This document shows positions 12,501 to 25,770 of a DNA stretch of 64,000 bases, piece by piece. This DNA is from Lama guanicoe (lineage: Eukaryota), in the NCBI GenBank assembly GCA_013239625.1, contig MU054117.1, positions 3,896,677 to 3,960,676 of the forward strand, read 5' to 3'. The position numbers were made by a program, and so were the translations under genes. Position 1 is the stretch's first letter. Each line of letters starts with the position of its first letter. The notes under the pieces were generated by a model, which ran no database searches, was not told the DNA's origin, and worked only from the letters and a program-made list of their open reading frames with translations.

Positions 12501-13744
12501 GTTGCAAAATAATCCTCAACGCCATGTGCAGCTACGGGGAAAGCCATGCCCTGTTGTGAGGACCTCGGAACAAAGAATCAGAACATGAAGATAAGTGGTA
12601 ATTGGATTCTTGACAACACTGGGAATCACCCCTGGACACTCAGGACCTGCCCTGGAATCTCAAATGTGCTAGTTAATCCGTCTGTAACCTTGGTTTCCTA
12701 AACTCCCTTAGTTTTCATTTTTCATCTGTAACAGGAACAACACAGGTTCTACCTAACTTGCAGGGTTGAGATGCCAAGTAAAGGAACTGATTTACATAAA
12801 AACCTATTTTAATTTGTAAAAGACAAAATTAAGGTATGATTAGACTTTACCCACTGAAGGATGATGACGTGGGCATAACTGACAGTACAGGAAGTTAAAG
12901 ATCATCTTTTAACCAGTTGGTCTGTGGCGGTGTGTTGTCTTAGCAGGTAAGTACCTAACGGACTGGGGGTAGCTTTGCATTGTTGTTTTGTGTTGAACTC
13001 AATCAATTGCTAATATGTGTATCTAAATGATTACCTTATGATAATCATAAATCCAGATACAGTGACACTCTGCGGTGTACACAAACCACCTCTGTCGTGA
13101 ACTCCAAACACAATCGTCTGTGGCCACAGCGCGCGCCTAAATGCCCAGTGAAGCGTCACCGCGGATTACAGTCAGCAGCCACACGCTTTCCTCCACACAG
13201 GGTTGTCTGCTGGTGCTCACTGTCCAGTTACAAAGGCCATGAGCATGTGTCTTCCCATTTCCAACCCCATCCTCGCAAGGACAGAGACCCCTGCTCTCTG
13301 GGCGGAGCTGCGGACTGGTTCCTTTGGCTTTAACTCTTCAGTCTACCAGACGAGGGGCCTGGCTCAGCCCGATCACTGGATTCTCCTAGAGCCGACAGTC
13401 TGTGACCATCGGCACGGAGCCTACGCGGGAGACCGCTGGCGACACACACGTGCACGTGAGCCTGTGTGTGATTATGTGCGTTGAGCCGCTTCGGCAATCC
13501 ACGTTGCTGTCGGCGCTCAGCGGGACGAAGATGCATCGCCATTGGGAGAAACAGAGGAAACCACTGCAAACTCTCCGAGAGTGTGAGGGGGTGTAGCCCG
13601 ATGTGCCGCTCAGGAGCGACCCCACGGATCCGTGCCTGCTCTGACTCTGTAGTGGTCACCAGGCTTCTGGTGGCCCCAGACAAGGGTCCCGGAGTCAACA
13701 GAAAGAACGTGACTTTAGGTTAAGCTTGCCCTACATCTGGGGCC

Positions 13745-13890
13745 CGGGTCTACCGCTTCCTGGCTGGGTGAACTTAGACAAGCCACTCAGTCTTTCTGAG
13801 CATCAGCTTTCTTATTTATTATACGAAGCTTCTAGAAGCTGTCTTGGAGGTGTGTGGAGAGATAAAGGAGGTCACATATGTACAAACAGA
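13745..13890 (+). mobile_element. MIR SINE
   Basis: 'ctaccgcttcctggctgggtgaacttagacaagccactcagtctttctgagcatcagctttcttattt' matches the MIR core. Confidence 0.6.
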
Positions 13891-15834
13891 GCATGTTCAG
13901 GAGATAATGAGAACCAAACAGATCAACAAAAACCACAGAAAGGCTGCGGGGGAGGCAGTTTTGACACGTTGCTGTAGGATCTGGGTTGGAAAGTGACAAA
14001 GACTAACGTAAGACAGAAATCAACCAGTTTGGTTGTAGGAGATAAGTGCCTTTGAAGGGAGAGACTGTCAGGATTTGCTCAGACTTTAGTTAAAGAAGAG
14101 GAAGTTGCATAAATACAAAGAAACATCTCAACCATATGAATATAGTACTTACTCATAACAAGTAGCTATAAATTTTGAAATGTGATCATAGTCTCTACAT
14201 GTGAACCTTCAGAGATGCCTTTTAAAATTTTTCTGTGTTAAAACCTTTTATTCATTAAAAGTTATTATTGCTTTGCTGTTTAGTATTTTTTCAGAGGAAA
14301 AGACATAAAATTTTAAAAAACTTAGACAGTAACTTTCTATAGTACTCTACATTACATTGTACTTTACTAAATTAAATTTTGTGTAATTGAAAACAAAAAT
14401 TTAAAGTAGAGGAAGTTTATAGAACTCTTTTCTACCACGTCAAGGGAAAAAGAAAGCTTTCCCGGATGGCAAAAGTAGACATATTTCTTTAGTTGAAGGG
14501 AATTTTCAAGTTTTTGAATGGATTTGTGTGTTAGCAATTAGGAACACGAGTAGCCAAGATGATTGACATATAGTCGTTGAAGACTGTGTCCTCAAAACTC
14601 TGACTTTAGGACGTGCAGAACAAGAGAGAGGGGCAGAGAGCTCCTTGCATTTACCACCTTCTATACATTTATGGCTTTCTGTACATAAAATCTACATAAA
14701 AAGTAGCTTTTACAAGAAAATAACCACAATGACCAGCCCTAACATGCACTCATCGGAGATGCAGAAACACCAAAGGCGGCACAGAACTGAGCACTCACGG
14801 AAGACGTCATAACTGGAGCCAGGATATCAGCTGTCGTAACCACATCAAAAGAGCAATTTTGATATGGATTGCCCAGAGCTTGCTGCATTTAAAATTATTA
14901 GTTAGTGCAGATAAGCACATACTCCCTTTTAAGAGTACCTTGCAAAGAGGCACACGTAATAGAAATTAAGTAAATGTTTCTTTCCTCTTCCTTATTTCTT
15001 TCCTTTGATTGAAATTGGGAAAAGTGGTAGAAAATTCCTTGGAGGAAGAGGAGACCGAGTGGTGAAGTGGGAGCTGATTCCGTGATTGGCTCAAAATCGG
15101 TTGATGAACTAGTCAGCGTGACAGCTTTTTTCTCTGCACAAACGTAGCTGGACTTATGTGTTTAGAAGGTCCTGCGTGTCTTCAAACACCAGGGTCTGAC
15201 AGATGAGTGAGCCTGAGGAACAGCCTTCATACAGAAGGGCTGTGCTTTGTTCTCCTTCCATGTTTTTCATCTAATTCATCGACCATGACGAGCTATGCAA
15301 ATGCAGACTGATGTGAACACCAACTCGCCTGCCATCATGCAGGCAAGCAATGTGCTTTTCCATTTAAGTCCCTGTGAAGCGGCTCTGAGAGGTGCTGCCT
15401 GAGCCGCTGCCTGCTCGGGAAGAGACCCCAGGCCATCCGCACCGCCATGGGGGCGGAGAAACGCTATACATCACAGCACGTGGTGGACCGGGAAACTTGC
15501 TCCGAGGACCACAGGTTTACACACATCAGTTTCGTTTGTTGCAAACTAGTCCAAAGTTAATCTGTTCTAAATTATCTCAAAGTCATTCCTTAAATTTTGG
15601 GGACAGGGGTTTGTCAACCTCACCAGAGACTCCAAGGCCGTCCATGAATTGTCTTTTCTGTTCTAATGCTACAAAGTCTACAAGTGCAACCACAGGAACA
15701 GTGACAAATGATGATGTCGGTGATGAGAGTAATACCAGGTGCAGAAACCCACAATCAGCCTGGGCTGGTCAAAGCCAGAAACCAAGCACTGTAATTTCAG
15801 ATGAAGAGAAGGAAATGACGGAGGACTGTCCATA

Positions 15835-16000
15835 ATGAACCAGAAACTTTCACATTTATGATCTTCTTGAATATCCCTAAAGCCCAGGGAGGTATCTACC
15901 ATTATTTTCATTTTATAATGGAGGAAATTGAGAATGAGAAAGTTTAGATAAATTGCTGAAGACACCACAGCTAGTTAGTGGCATGCCCGGGACTCCAAGC
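15835..16000 (-). mobile_element. MIR SINE
   Basis: 'cattttataatggaggaaattgagaatgagaaagtttagataaattgctgaagacaccacagctagttagtggc' is the antisense MIR core. Confidence 0.7.
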
Positions 16001-16359
16001 CGGCCCATCAGCATCCATCTTTTTACCCGTGTACCACTTGCTGTGCTGTTCATCTGCCTTGTGACTTAACTGTTGCATAGACTGCAGCCATGCCTTGTGT
16101 GTGGCAGTCCCTTCCCAGGAAGCAGAGACATTAATGAGTCACAGTCGGGGGCTGGGTCTCACTTGGTTGCTGTCAGTCAGTCTCTCTAATGCCACTGCCA
16201 GCAGTGGTTGACTTGGCACCTGAGTATCACCCACCTGCGTCTCTCTGTGTTTCACCCAGGTGTGGAGATGTAGACGGCTCATGATTACTGACTACCTACT
16301 GCCTAGATTGTAGACTTTTAATACATACTCTATGTTTAAATAGTATATATTTATTAAAC

Positions 16360-18230
16360 AAAACAAATAACAATGGATTTAGGGGTTTATAGTGTATGTA
16401 GAAGCTAAATAAATGTCATAGTAAATCAACATGGGCATAAATAAGCATGCAATAATAACAGAAGGCAGGAAAGGAAGTAAATGGAGTTCCATAATTGTAA
16501 TATTCTTCCACTGGTTGTAATATTGTAAATATGTGGTATGATATTACTTGAAGGTTAAAAAAAAGAGTAAAAAAGAAAACAAAAAAAATTTTTAAGCAAA
16601 AAAAAATTACTTGAAGGTATATAGTAAGGAGACATAGGTAAGAAGTTGATCAATGAAATAAAATAGGATATTGAAAATAATTAATTCACATAAAAAAAGT
16701 CAGGAGAACAGGAAAGTCAACAAAATTCAGGTGGCACAAATGCAAAACAAATACAAAGATGGTAGACTTATCCCCATATACATTGAGTGGAAATAGACTC
16801 ACTGGTCCAAGTAAAAGGCAGAGGTTGTCCGAGTGGATGAAAAACAAAGCACTGACTATAAGAAACCTACTCTAAATATACAATCAGTTTATATATGAAG
16901 ACAAGGATAGGTTAAAAGGAGAAAGATGAGAAAAGATACATCATGTAAACACCAATCCAAGGAGAGCTGGAATGACCGCATCAATAGCAGACAAAATAGA
17001 ATTCAGGCCCAGGAATATTATCAGGGATGAACAGAGGTAGTTAATAATGACGAAGGGTCAGTTCATCAAGAGGACATAGCAATTCTAAGTGTATGCGCGC
17101 CTAATAACAGGAACTTCCAAACACATGAAGTGAAAACAGACAGAACTAAAGGGAGAAATAGGCGATCATTTTATCTACAATTATAGTTGGAAATTTCAGC
17201 CCTCTTCCCTCAGTATTGGTAGAAAGGAAGGATATAGAAGACCTGAAGAGACAATATCAACCAACTCGAAATAACAGACTTTTAGAGAATGTATCCGCCA
17301 GCAGTAACAGATGCATATTCTTTTCAAGTGCACAGGGAACATTCACCAAGACAGACCAACGCTTATTATAATAAATTTAAGTCAGAATAAACTTGTCAGA
17401 ATAAATGTAAGTCAACTGAAATAATATAAAGTATATCCTCTGACCACAACAGGTTTAAGCCAGAAATCAGTAATAATACAAAAATACGGAAAATCTGAAA
17501 ATATTTCTAAATTAGACCACACACTTCTAAATAGCCCATGGACCAAAAAAAATTGAGCTAAATAAAAACAAAAACAACATATGTCAAAATACGTGAGATA
17601 CAGATAAAGCACTGTTTAGAGAAATGTTTATTGCCCTCAATGTTTATTGTACTAATTTCTTATTTTTTAAAAGAAAAGAAATCTCAAATAAATGATAAAA
17701 TCTTCCATATTCAAAGAGTGGACAAGAAGATAAAATTACAACAGAAGTAAGGATGGAAGCAGAGAGCAGAATCAATAAAATATAAAGCAGAAAAACATCA
17801 AGGAAAATAAATGAGACCAAACCTAGTGATTTGAAAATATAAATAAAATTGATAAACGTCTAACCAGACAAATTAAGAAAAATAGAGAAGGCATGAATTG
17901 GGGGACATCACACCAAATTCTATAGACATTGAAAGGACAATAAAGGAATATTATGAAAAGCATTACACTGATGAATTTAATAATTTAGATGAATTAGACA
18001 AATTCTCAAAAGACAGAAACTATCAAAGTTAACTCAAGAAGTACATAAGCAAAAAAGCTTTCTATTTATTAAAGAAATTGAATTTATAGTTAAAACCCTC
18101 CCACGAAAGATGCTTTCTGCTTAAATATCCTTACTACTAAATTATGCTAAACATTTAAGGAAAAATAATGCCAAATTACCAATAGCATGAATGAAATATG
18201 ATAAACATTGAATATCCTACAGGCATTTAA
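16360..18230 (+). mobile_element. Old L1M fragment spanning the inter-ORF region, ORF2 endonuclease and start of RT
   Basis: 'aaaaggcagaggttgtccgagtggatg', 'gttcatcaagaggacatagcaattctaagtgtatgcgcgcctaataacag', 'atattcttttcaagtgcacagggaacattcaccaagacagacc', 'ctctgaccacaac', 'aaaattgataaacgtctaaccagac' are L1 EN-domain motifs with frameshifts and stops. Confidence 0.9.
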
Positions 18231-19849
18231 AGGACAGCTATTTATCTATCTATCCATCCATGTGTCAACTGTCATTCTATCCATGTATCTATAATGCTTT
18301 AAAAGAGATGTCTTTTAAGAAAAACATCTCCACCATCAGGAGAGGACCTGTAAACGGTCAAACTCGACTTTTGTGTGCTGGGGCAAAACAGTAGCGCTCA
18401 GTCTCTACATCAGTAAAGTGAGAATTAAACCCAGGGCCGTCTAGAAGCTTAGGCCAGGGCTCATTGCTAACTTGTAAACGCTGTAAGTCTCCTCCTGCTT
18501 CAGGCACTCCACCCTGAGACGAACTCCGCTGGGGCCTGGCTCTCCCTTTGTCCCCAGCAATTAGCACACTTTACACTTGAGCGATCATTGTTTTGACCTG
18601 CCCTAAGTCTCGGCATCCGGACTCCATCACCCACCATCTGTGCACCTGCCAGGAGGACCTCTCAGCACCTCTCCAGCAAGCGCCGGAAGTGGGGCTTGGC
18701 CCCAGGCCAACTCTGTGACACGCAGCCAAGGGACAGGGACTTCTGTCATTCATGGTCTCCAGGACCAGAGCTGTTCAAAACCAACCTGGTGCAGAGTCAG
18801 CTGCTCAGCACATGCTCCGCCTTACAGAGAAGGCAAAGTAAGAGAGAAGGGGAAAAACTCGCGTCCAGGGGACGCACGGGGCAGAGAAAACGTAACGGGA
18901 AAAGAACCAAGGAAAAAAAGAGAGAGAGAAACTGAGCAGGAAGGAGAAGAGAGAGAAAAGGGGAAATCAGGGACGGGGAGCCCACGGCCAAAGAGAAGCA
19001 ACATGACTTCTAAACAGAGGTGGCTGTTGCGATGGAGTTGCACCCTGAACGATGCTTAAATACTTTCAGCATTAAATAAAACACACGCTTTAAAGGAGGT
19101 TGTTCTTCATCCTTAGCCAAATATTTATTTGTGGAAGGGGTTTCCGTAGTAACTGGGGAACAACAGATCAGCTCTCCAAAAGACCATTTTGAGATTCTGG
19201 GGAGCCGGCGGTCAGACTGGGCCAGTGATGACCCAAACTCCGGCCAAAGAGAGCGTGGTCAGCACGGGCAGGTGCAGTGGCCTTGGGCTTCTCGGCACAG
19301 GCACCCGCCCGTGCGGAAAGCCGCTTTGGAATGAGGCTGTGGCTACTGATCAGATCGGAGGAAGGGGTGCCTTCAGCCTCCACAACTCTGCGTGGTCCTT
19401 AACGGTCCCCAAGGCTAAACGCACACTCTCACCAACCTCACTGTCTTGACTGGGTTTGGAATTTTTCAGAGTCTGCCAAGAGTAGCAAGAAGCCACACCC
19501 TTGTGTCCAAACTCATCCCTGGTGGGAAAAGACAGGTGATCGGGTGTGAAGATAAGATTTTGTTACTAAAAGTTACCAACATTTGCAAGCAAATTGTTTG
19601 TTTTAGATATAAATTGGAGAGGACCCAAGATGGCCTCTATAATGATGACCTGCCCCAATATTTAGTCCCGAGTGGGACGAAAAGGGACAGAATACACTGG
19701 ATGGAGCGGAGATGTGGGGAGATGCGTGCACATAACCACTGCCTTCTTGTCTGACACTGAGCTCTTAATCGCGATCTGCTCTGGAGATTTTTATTCTACG
19801 TGTGAAGTAGAAAATAGCATAAATATAAGGGTATGCATAGAATATAAGT

Positions 19850-19972
19850 TCCACAAGATCAGAGTTCTGTCTGTCTGACTCAGTGCTCCATCCCTAGTGC
19901 CTAGGACAGTGTCTGGCATAGAGCAAGCCCTCAGTAGCTGTTTACTGAAGAATCAATAAATGAATGAATAAA
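19850..19972 (+). mobile_element. L2 3' end
   Basis: 'ccctagtgcctaggacagtgtctggcatagagcaagccctcagtagctgtttactgaagaatcaataaatgaatgaat'. Confidence 0.7.
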
Positions 19973-20439
19973 TCACATCTCTTATGCCTGGTTTCAGAGC
20001 TGCTTTTTGGGCCACGCCCCACAAAGCCTCTAAAACTAGCCCTTGTCTAAAAGGGTTACTTGCTTGGCTGGCTTTGCCTCAGTTTCAAGGTTTTTAGGTA
20101 CCCTGACTGTTGGGTGTGTTTCTGCCCCGTTGAATGCTCACCTGAAAACCTCTCTTGACTTCTGGACATCGCCCGACTCCGCGTCTCGAGTGCTGGCCCC
20201 AATTTGATTCCTGACTCTGCCTTGACTGTCGGCTTCTGTGTAGCCCGTGGGTTTAGGATTGTACCCTCCATATTCTGTCCTTCTTTGGTGACTTGCGCCC
20301 TGGCTCATGGATAGGACGAGGGCAAGGTCCTGAGAGGGAGGGAAGCCCATATTGGCAGAGGACTCTCTGCTCACTCAGAAGAGAATTAGACAACATGTGT
20401 CAAGCAAGTTCCAAACAGTGTGTGTGCTGATTAATCTGA

Positions 20440-20580
20440 TCCTTGTGCAACACCATCAAGTAGGTTTCATTTTCACCTTCACTTTTAATTAAGGAAACTG
20501 AGGCCCAGAGGGATGAGATACGTGGCCCGAAGTCTCAGCTAATAAAAGGCAAAGCCAAGATTTAACGGTTTGCTGCAGAG
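20440..20580 (-). mobile_element. MIR SINE
   Basis: 'aaggaaactgaggcccagagggatgagatacgtggcccgaagtctcagctaataaaaggcaaagccaagattt'. Confidence 0.65.
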
Positions 20581-23351
20581 CTGGACCTCGTAACCACCGT
20601 GAGACACCCGTGCCGGGTCTCAGAGTGGGTGTCGCCTCGTCGGGGGGCCGGTCACAGGAGCATGATGGGACCAGATGTAGGCAGAGTGGGGAGAAGGAAT
20701 GTAAGACTTGGGTTTTCTTCCATAATCAAAGCACAGCCCCCGTGCCGAGTGTGTACTGAGTGTTCACTGTGTGTGTGCAGACACAGACCAGGGTTTCAAT
20801 TTCTATTCAGAACAAGCCCACGAGATGTGACACTGGGCTCTCAAAGCTCTCACCGATTTCTCCAAGGTCGCTGGTCCAGAACTGGCCCATTAAGATCCGT
20901 TCTCTAGTCTTGTCTCAGCTGATGGTCGTGTAGGACAGAACCTGAGCTCTGTGTTCTGTACATTATTTTAGCATTTGTGTCCCAGGGAGTAAGGAATAGG
21001 ATTACTTCGTGTTCCAAATACGCTTGATCTTGAACTCAGGACTTTTTCTCAGAGTGACCTAGCATAACATGGAAAATCGGCTGAGCTCAAAATAAGCCGC
21101 AACATACTATTACTGAATGTGGAAATACAGTGCAGTGCTCCAAACTTCCACCATCTACCAAAACGTTGCCTCTGACGCCCATCCCTTGAGATTTAGCTGT
21201 TGGACCAGATTTTCCCTGACCTTTCTGATTTTCCCGTTAGGCAAGTCTTTCACACTGTGTATGTTTCTCACCACTTGCATTTCCTGACTTCTCTCCGTAT
21301 ATCACGACCGATGCCATTTCAAGTACATAAACTTGTGTTAGGTGCCTCCTGTGTCGGGGGACCTGGGCTCAAATCCTAGCAAATTAAGCACATACACAAC
21401 TAATTTGCAGCGAGGGGCGTGTTACGAAAGAGCTGTCGGCGTGGGGCTTAAGGGGAAACCTGCAAGGGGAGAGTCAATCTGTTCTTTGCAAGACAAGAGG
21501 TCCTTAGACCCAGGAAGTTAAAGAGTGTGGGTGGGCATCGTTAAGAGGGCTGGGAGACTCTCAGATACCCAGGCTGGGAGATTTGGGTCTGGCATCAACA
21601 AAACATGCAGTCCCACGGGAACCATTTTATGAACGTTTTTTTTTCTCATCCATAAACTGAGTCAGTTACACTGAATAGTTTCCCAAATCCCACGCAACTT
21701 CAAATCCTCTGTGATCTTAAACGATGCTTTTCTAAATCAGTGCCGTGACCCATCCAGGCTATTATTCTGCTTTAAATATGTCAACAACGAGTACACCGTA
21801 GTGGTCACCCACTCGTGACAGGGGCCATAAAATGACGGTGCCGTGGCATGGAAGCCGGCCCTGCAGAGGTCCGGCCCCTGACCGATGCCTGACAGCCATC
21901 AGCAGGCAGATGAAAGAGGGACTTCCTGCTGCCTGTTCAGCTCCTGGATGAATGGATGGCTTTTTAGCTCATGACCGCTTCCCTTTTTAGGTTGTCTTAG
22001 CACGTTCAGTAGTTAATCCTGGCCTCGTAGTGGACGTTCACTTATGGCCAGAGGGAAGTCAGAGCATGTCAGGTCCTGGTGGCAGAGGAGAGAGGTGACC
22101 ATCCCCTAGGATTTCCCATATATTGTCAGTTCCGGGAAGGAGGGGTGTGGTTTCTTAAAGTGAAGTTCTGCTCATTCATCAGTGTCTTCAATTGAAGTTT
22201 GTTCTATGGGCTCTGCTGAGTGAGGGGCCTCTGTCGTGGGCAGGGCCCAACAGGGACTCACTGTCACTTCCAGTAAAACAGGCCCAGCCCAAACCAGAGA
22301 GGAGAAGTTAGAGAAAGTGCCCCCTGAGTGCAAGTCTGACCCACACCCTCACTATTTCTTTCTCCTGGCCCCCCTGCAGTCTTCTGAGTCCAGGAGTGGT
22401 GGCCATCTCCATGCAAGATGCCAAAAGTCGCTTTCAAAGTCATGGATCAACCAAGAGGGTGCCCCTGGCCTCTTGTTCGGGCCTCGTGGGCCTTTGCCAT
22501 GGACACGCCTCTGCACTGCAGACAAATAACAGGCGGCTGAGTGAGAGGGGGCGGTGCTGAGCCAGCCAGCGCTCGGGGCGTTGCATCCTTGGCCCGTGTC
22601 TGCCATAGTACAATGGATGAATTATTAATTATGATTTATCACCAGGATAAAGGAAACTCGTAGGCGATTCTCTCCAAAGACAAGGATACAAAAGACTCTG
22701 CCTGGGGCTCAGGCTTTTATTAGTGGCAGATGAACATTTGGAACTCAAATAAATATTCCAGCAGCTTTCCATTCAGTACTCGCCTAAAAATCCAATTTGT
22801 TAGAAAAAGTTTCACAGCCCCAAATATTGTTGGTAAATGGTACCAAAAAAAACACTTTTTTTGTAGCTACATTTTCTAGAGTCGATTCCTAGAACCAAAA
22901 ATTAAGGAGCAATTAATTTCACCTATAGAGATACATGAGTTTTAAATGTGTTAAGGGCCCTCACTGTCTCCCTGACACATGTTGGCTGGCGTAGAGGTGA
23001 GGAGAAGATAAACAGGAAGCAAGGAATGGGTGTCAAGGACCAGAAGGGAGACTTCATATTTCAGTTTATTGTCACCTTCACTATTAATTATGTACATTAG
23101 TATATTACATCACAATACCCAAGGGCCTTTTTCAACATTGATTGATTGCGTTCTATAAGAAGCCTACCGGGTAAATTCTGGGGTCTTATCAGAGACCCTG
23201 CCTCCATGGAGACAATGTAAGTAACATGATCTGGAGAAATGAGGGGTGTTGATATATGACATTACCCTTTTACAAGCCTGAATGCTGGGCAAACTGAGAT
23301 GGGAAAATAGACATCGAGAGAATGTTCCCCTTCTTAATAAAGTTGTCAAGG

Positions 23352-23915
23352 TGAGGGGAGAAGCCCCATAAAAAGACAAGCAGGGCCACTACTCTCCTGC
23401 CAGCGCCATCCGGTTCCCTGGCCCAGAGGCTCTCTCTCACTTTTTGCCTCTGAAACGGCTTACTTACCCTAAAATTCTATTGGTTCCCTGAGCTCACTCC
23501 TGATTGGTTATTTCCCTCACTCCTGATTGGTCCATTTGTAGTACTTCATTTGCATGGAGCTCCCTTCTGATTGGTTATTTCTCTCACTCCTGATTGGCCC
23601 ATTTCCCTCACTCCTGATTGTTTTTTTTTCTCTCCCTCCTGATTGGTCTATTTCTACAAAGCTTGTTCCTAGTTGGTCAACTTTTGTTATACCTCATTTA
23701 CATATGATGTTGCAAAGTGTAAACTGGCAGCCTATAAAAGCCAGTGTAAACCTACAGACGGCGTCCAGAGCTTGGAGTGTTAGCTCTTCTGTGCCTGCTG
23801 GTGTAGTAAACCTGAGTTCTCCAACTCTCCAAGTGCTGCTTGATCTCTTCCCTGGGTCCAGGTTGCTGTCACAACTGAGCTATAACACCGAGCTGTAATA
23901 CATTTTTCTGCAACA
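23352..23915 (+). mobile_element. Solo ERV1-class LTR with tandem CCAAT array, octamer, TATA and polyA-like signal
   Basis: Begins TG(aggggag) and ends (ctgcaa)CA; flanks aagg/aaag could be a 4-bp TSD with one mismatch; about 21-bp 'ctcactcctgattggttatttcc' repeats; cctataaaag 23731-23740; agtaaa 23805-23810. The 5' boundary is less certain. Confidence 0.8.
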
Positions 23916-25229
23916 AAAGAACTTGACTTCAAAATGTGATTCCTAATTCTGAACCCCTAATGAGGCAGTCACCTACACTCAGGCACAGGCAGCACTGGGA
24001 AACCATAGGTCCACTCCAGAAGGACAGAGGACATTTCAGAATCATTCTGGACACAAACTCCCTGCAAGCATATCCCAAACTAAGAACAGATGAACCTTAC
24101 AGGGTCAGCTGCTCGTGCCAAACTCACCACCTAAAAAGCCCCATCGCCCATCTCAGGGAGAAATGAGCGAGGGGTTGGAGGGAGGTTCTAATGGATGTCT
24201 CTCCATTTGGAAGGATGCTCAAGAGGAGGGAATATTAATTCCCTGACAACACGTGACACCTTCTATCTGAATTTTCCACTATTTATGTTGGTGCAATGCT
24301 TTGAGACAGTTGGTTTTTATGAAGCCTTTTGTTTGTTGGCTTTTGGGGTTCTGCTCTGCTTTGTTCTTCCCTCCGGTGCTCTGTCAGCTGCTGTGTCGGC
24401 TGGTGGGGGCAGATGCTCAGCCCTGGTCAGCAGAGGCTGAGGCTGGAGATTCCACCAAAGCAGGGAGGGCTGGCAGGCGGTTGTGGGGTTTTCTTCGTGT
24501 TCAGTATGTCCCTCTCCACTGCCTGCTAATAGCAGAGCCGCCTTAATACGCCTCATTTTAAAAGGTAACTGGGTAGCCCCCAGGGCATTTATTATTTGTT
24601 TTATCTTAGAGTAGTTCTCCATCTTAGTGGGGTCCAAGTTAGTTATTCACGATACAGAAGATACAGGCTGGTTCTTTTTTGTGTGTATCTTCCATACCTC
24701 CAGTGCACCCTCCGCTGAGAGCTGGGGGAGCCCCACTCCTGGAGAACTCCCACGTCTACGTTTCAGTCTTCCTTGCAGTGAGTAGCTGCTGTTCAAGGAC
24801 AGGCATGTGTCACATCTGAGAACCTCCTTAAAATATGTGCCCTTTGTTCCTTCCTCCTTTACCCCTTCTTCATCCCATCCTTGGGATACGAACGTGAGAG
24901 ATCAAACCTAGCAGCCACCATGAACTCAGGGAGCAGGGGCCGTCCTGCGTGTGCTCCACCGAGAGCCAGAAGGAGCCTGAACCTGCTGTCCCGGGCTGCG
25001 CCCCCCGTCCTGAAACATTTAGCTCTCACTCTCCTTACATAGTAGAGAAATAAACTTGGGGATGTATAGGCAGCCCTTTATGGGAGTCAGGAGTTGGCTG
25101 CAGTAAAGAGAGCATCGGGTTTAAAGAACCGATTTAGGTTGGGGTGGAAGGATAGTCTAAGGATTGAGAAATATCCTGGTGTGACTGGTCCTGAGCAAAG
25201 CACCCCCATCATCGCACTTCCAGCTCTCA

Positions 25230-25770
25230 GTTCAAACAGTTTTGTTAAACATTAAACAGATGATGCCACTTCTTTGCCTCAAACTCTCAAAAGCCAGACT
25301 CCTCATCACGGTCTCCAGGGCCTGTCTCCTCCAATCTCCATTTCCACCACTCCCCACCTGGTCTTCATGCTCCTCTTGAGAACAACTTCCATCCTGCTCA
25401 AGGTCTCCACACACAGGGTTCCCTCTGCCTAGAATGCTCTTCCCTCAGAGTTTTACATGGCTCCCACCTTCCCTCATGCGTCCTGAAGACGCTCTCTTGG
25501 GCCATCCTGTATAAAATAGCAGACTTCCAGCCCTACTTCATGACGCACTGACCCTTGACTCTGTGTTTCCTTTCCTAGCACTTGTCCCCTCCATGCGGTT
25601 TATCATCCCTCTGTTGGCTCAGTGGTTCATCGTCTGTCTCCTCTACTTGAATGCAAGCTCAGTAGGTGTGGGGACCCTGACCGAGTCCTGTTCACTGCTG
25701 TTTCCCTGGGACCAAGAACAGGGCTGCTCACACTAGGTTATTAATAAGTATCTGCTCAATAAGTGAGTGG
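25230..25770 (+). mobile_element. L2 3' region
   Basis: 'gttccctctgcctagaatgctcttccctcagagttttacatggctc', 'ctacttgaatgcaagctc', 'gttcactgctgtttccctgggaccaagaacagggc...taataagtatctgctcaataagtgagtg'. Confidence 0.75.

Noticed and set aside
23495..23650. Regularly spaced repeats resembling a CRISPR array
   Set aside because: Units are contiguous degenerate tandem CCAAT repeats inside an LTR with no unique spacers, in a mammalian context with no cas genes
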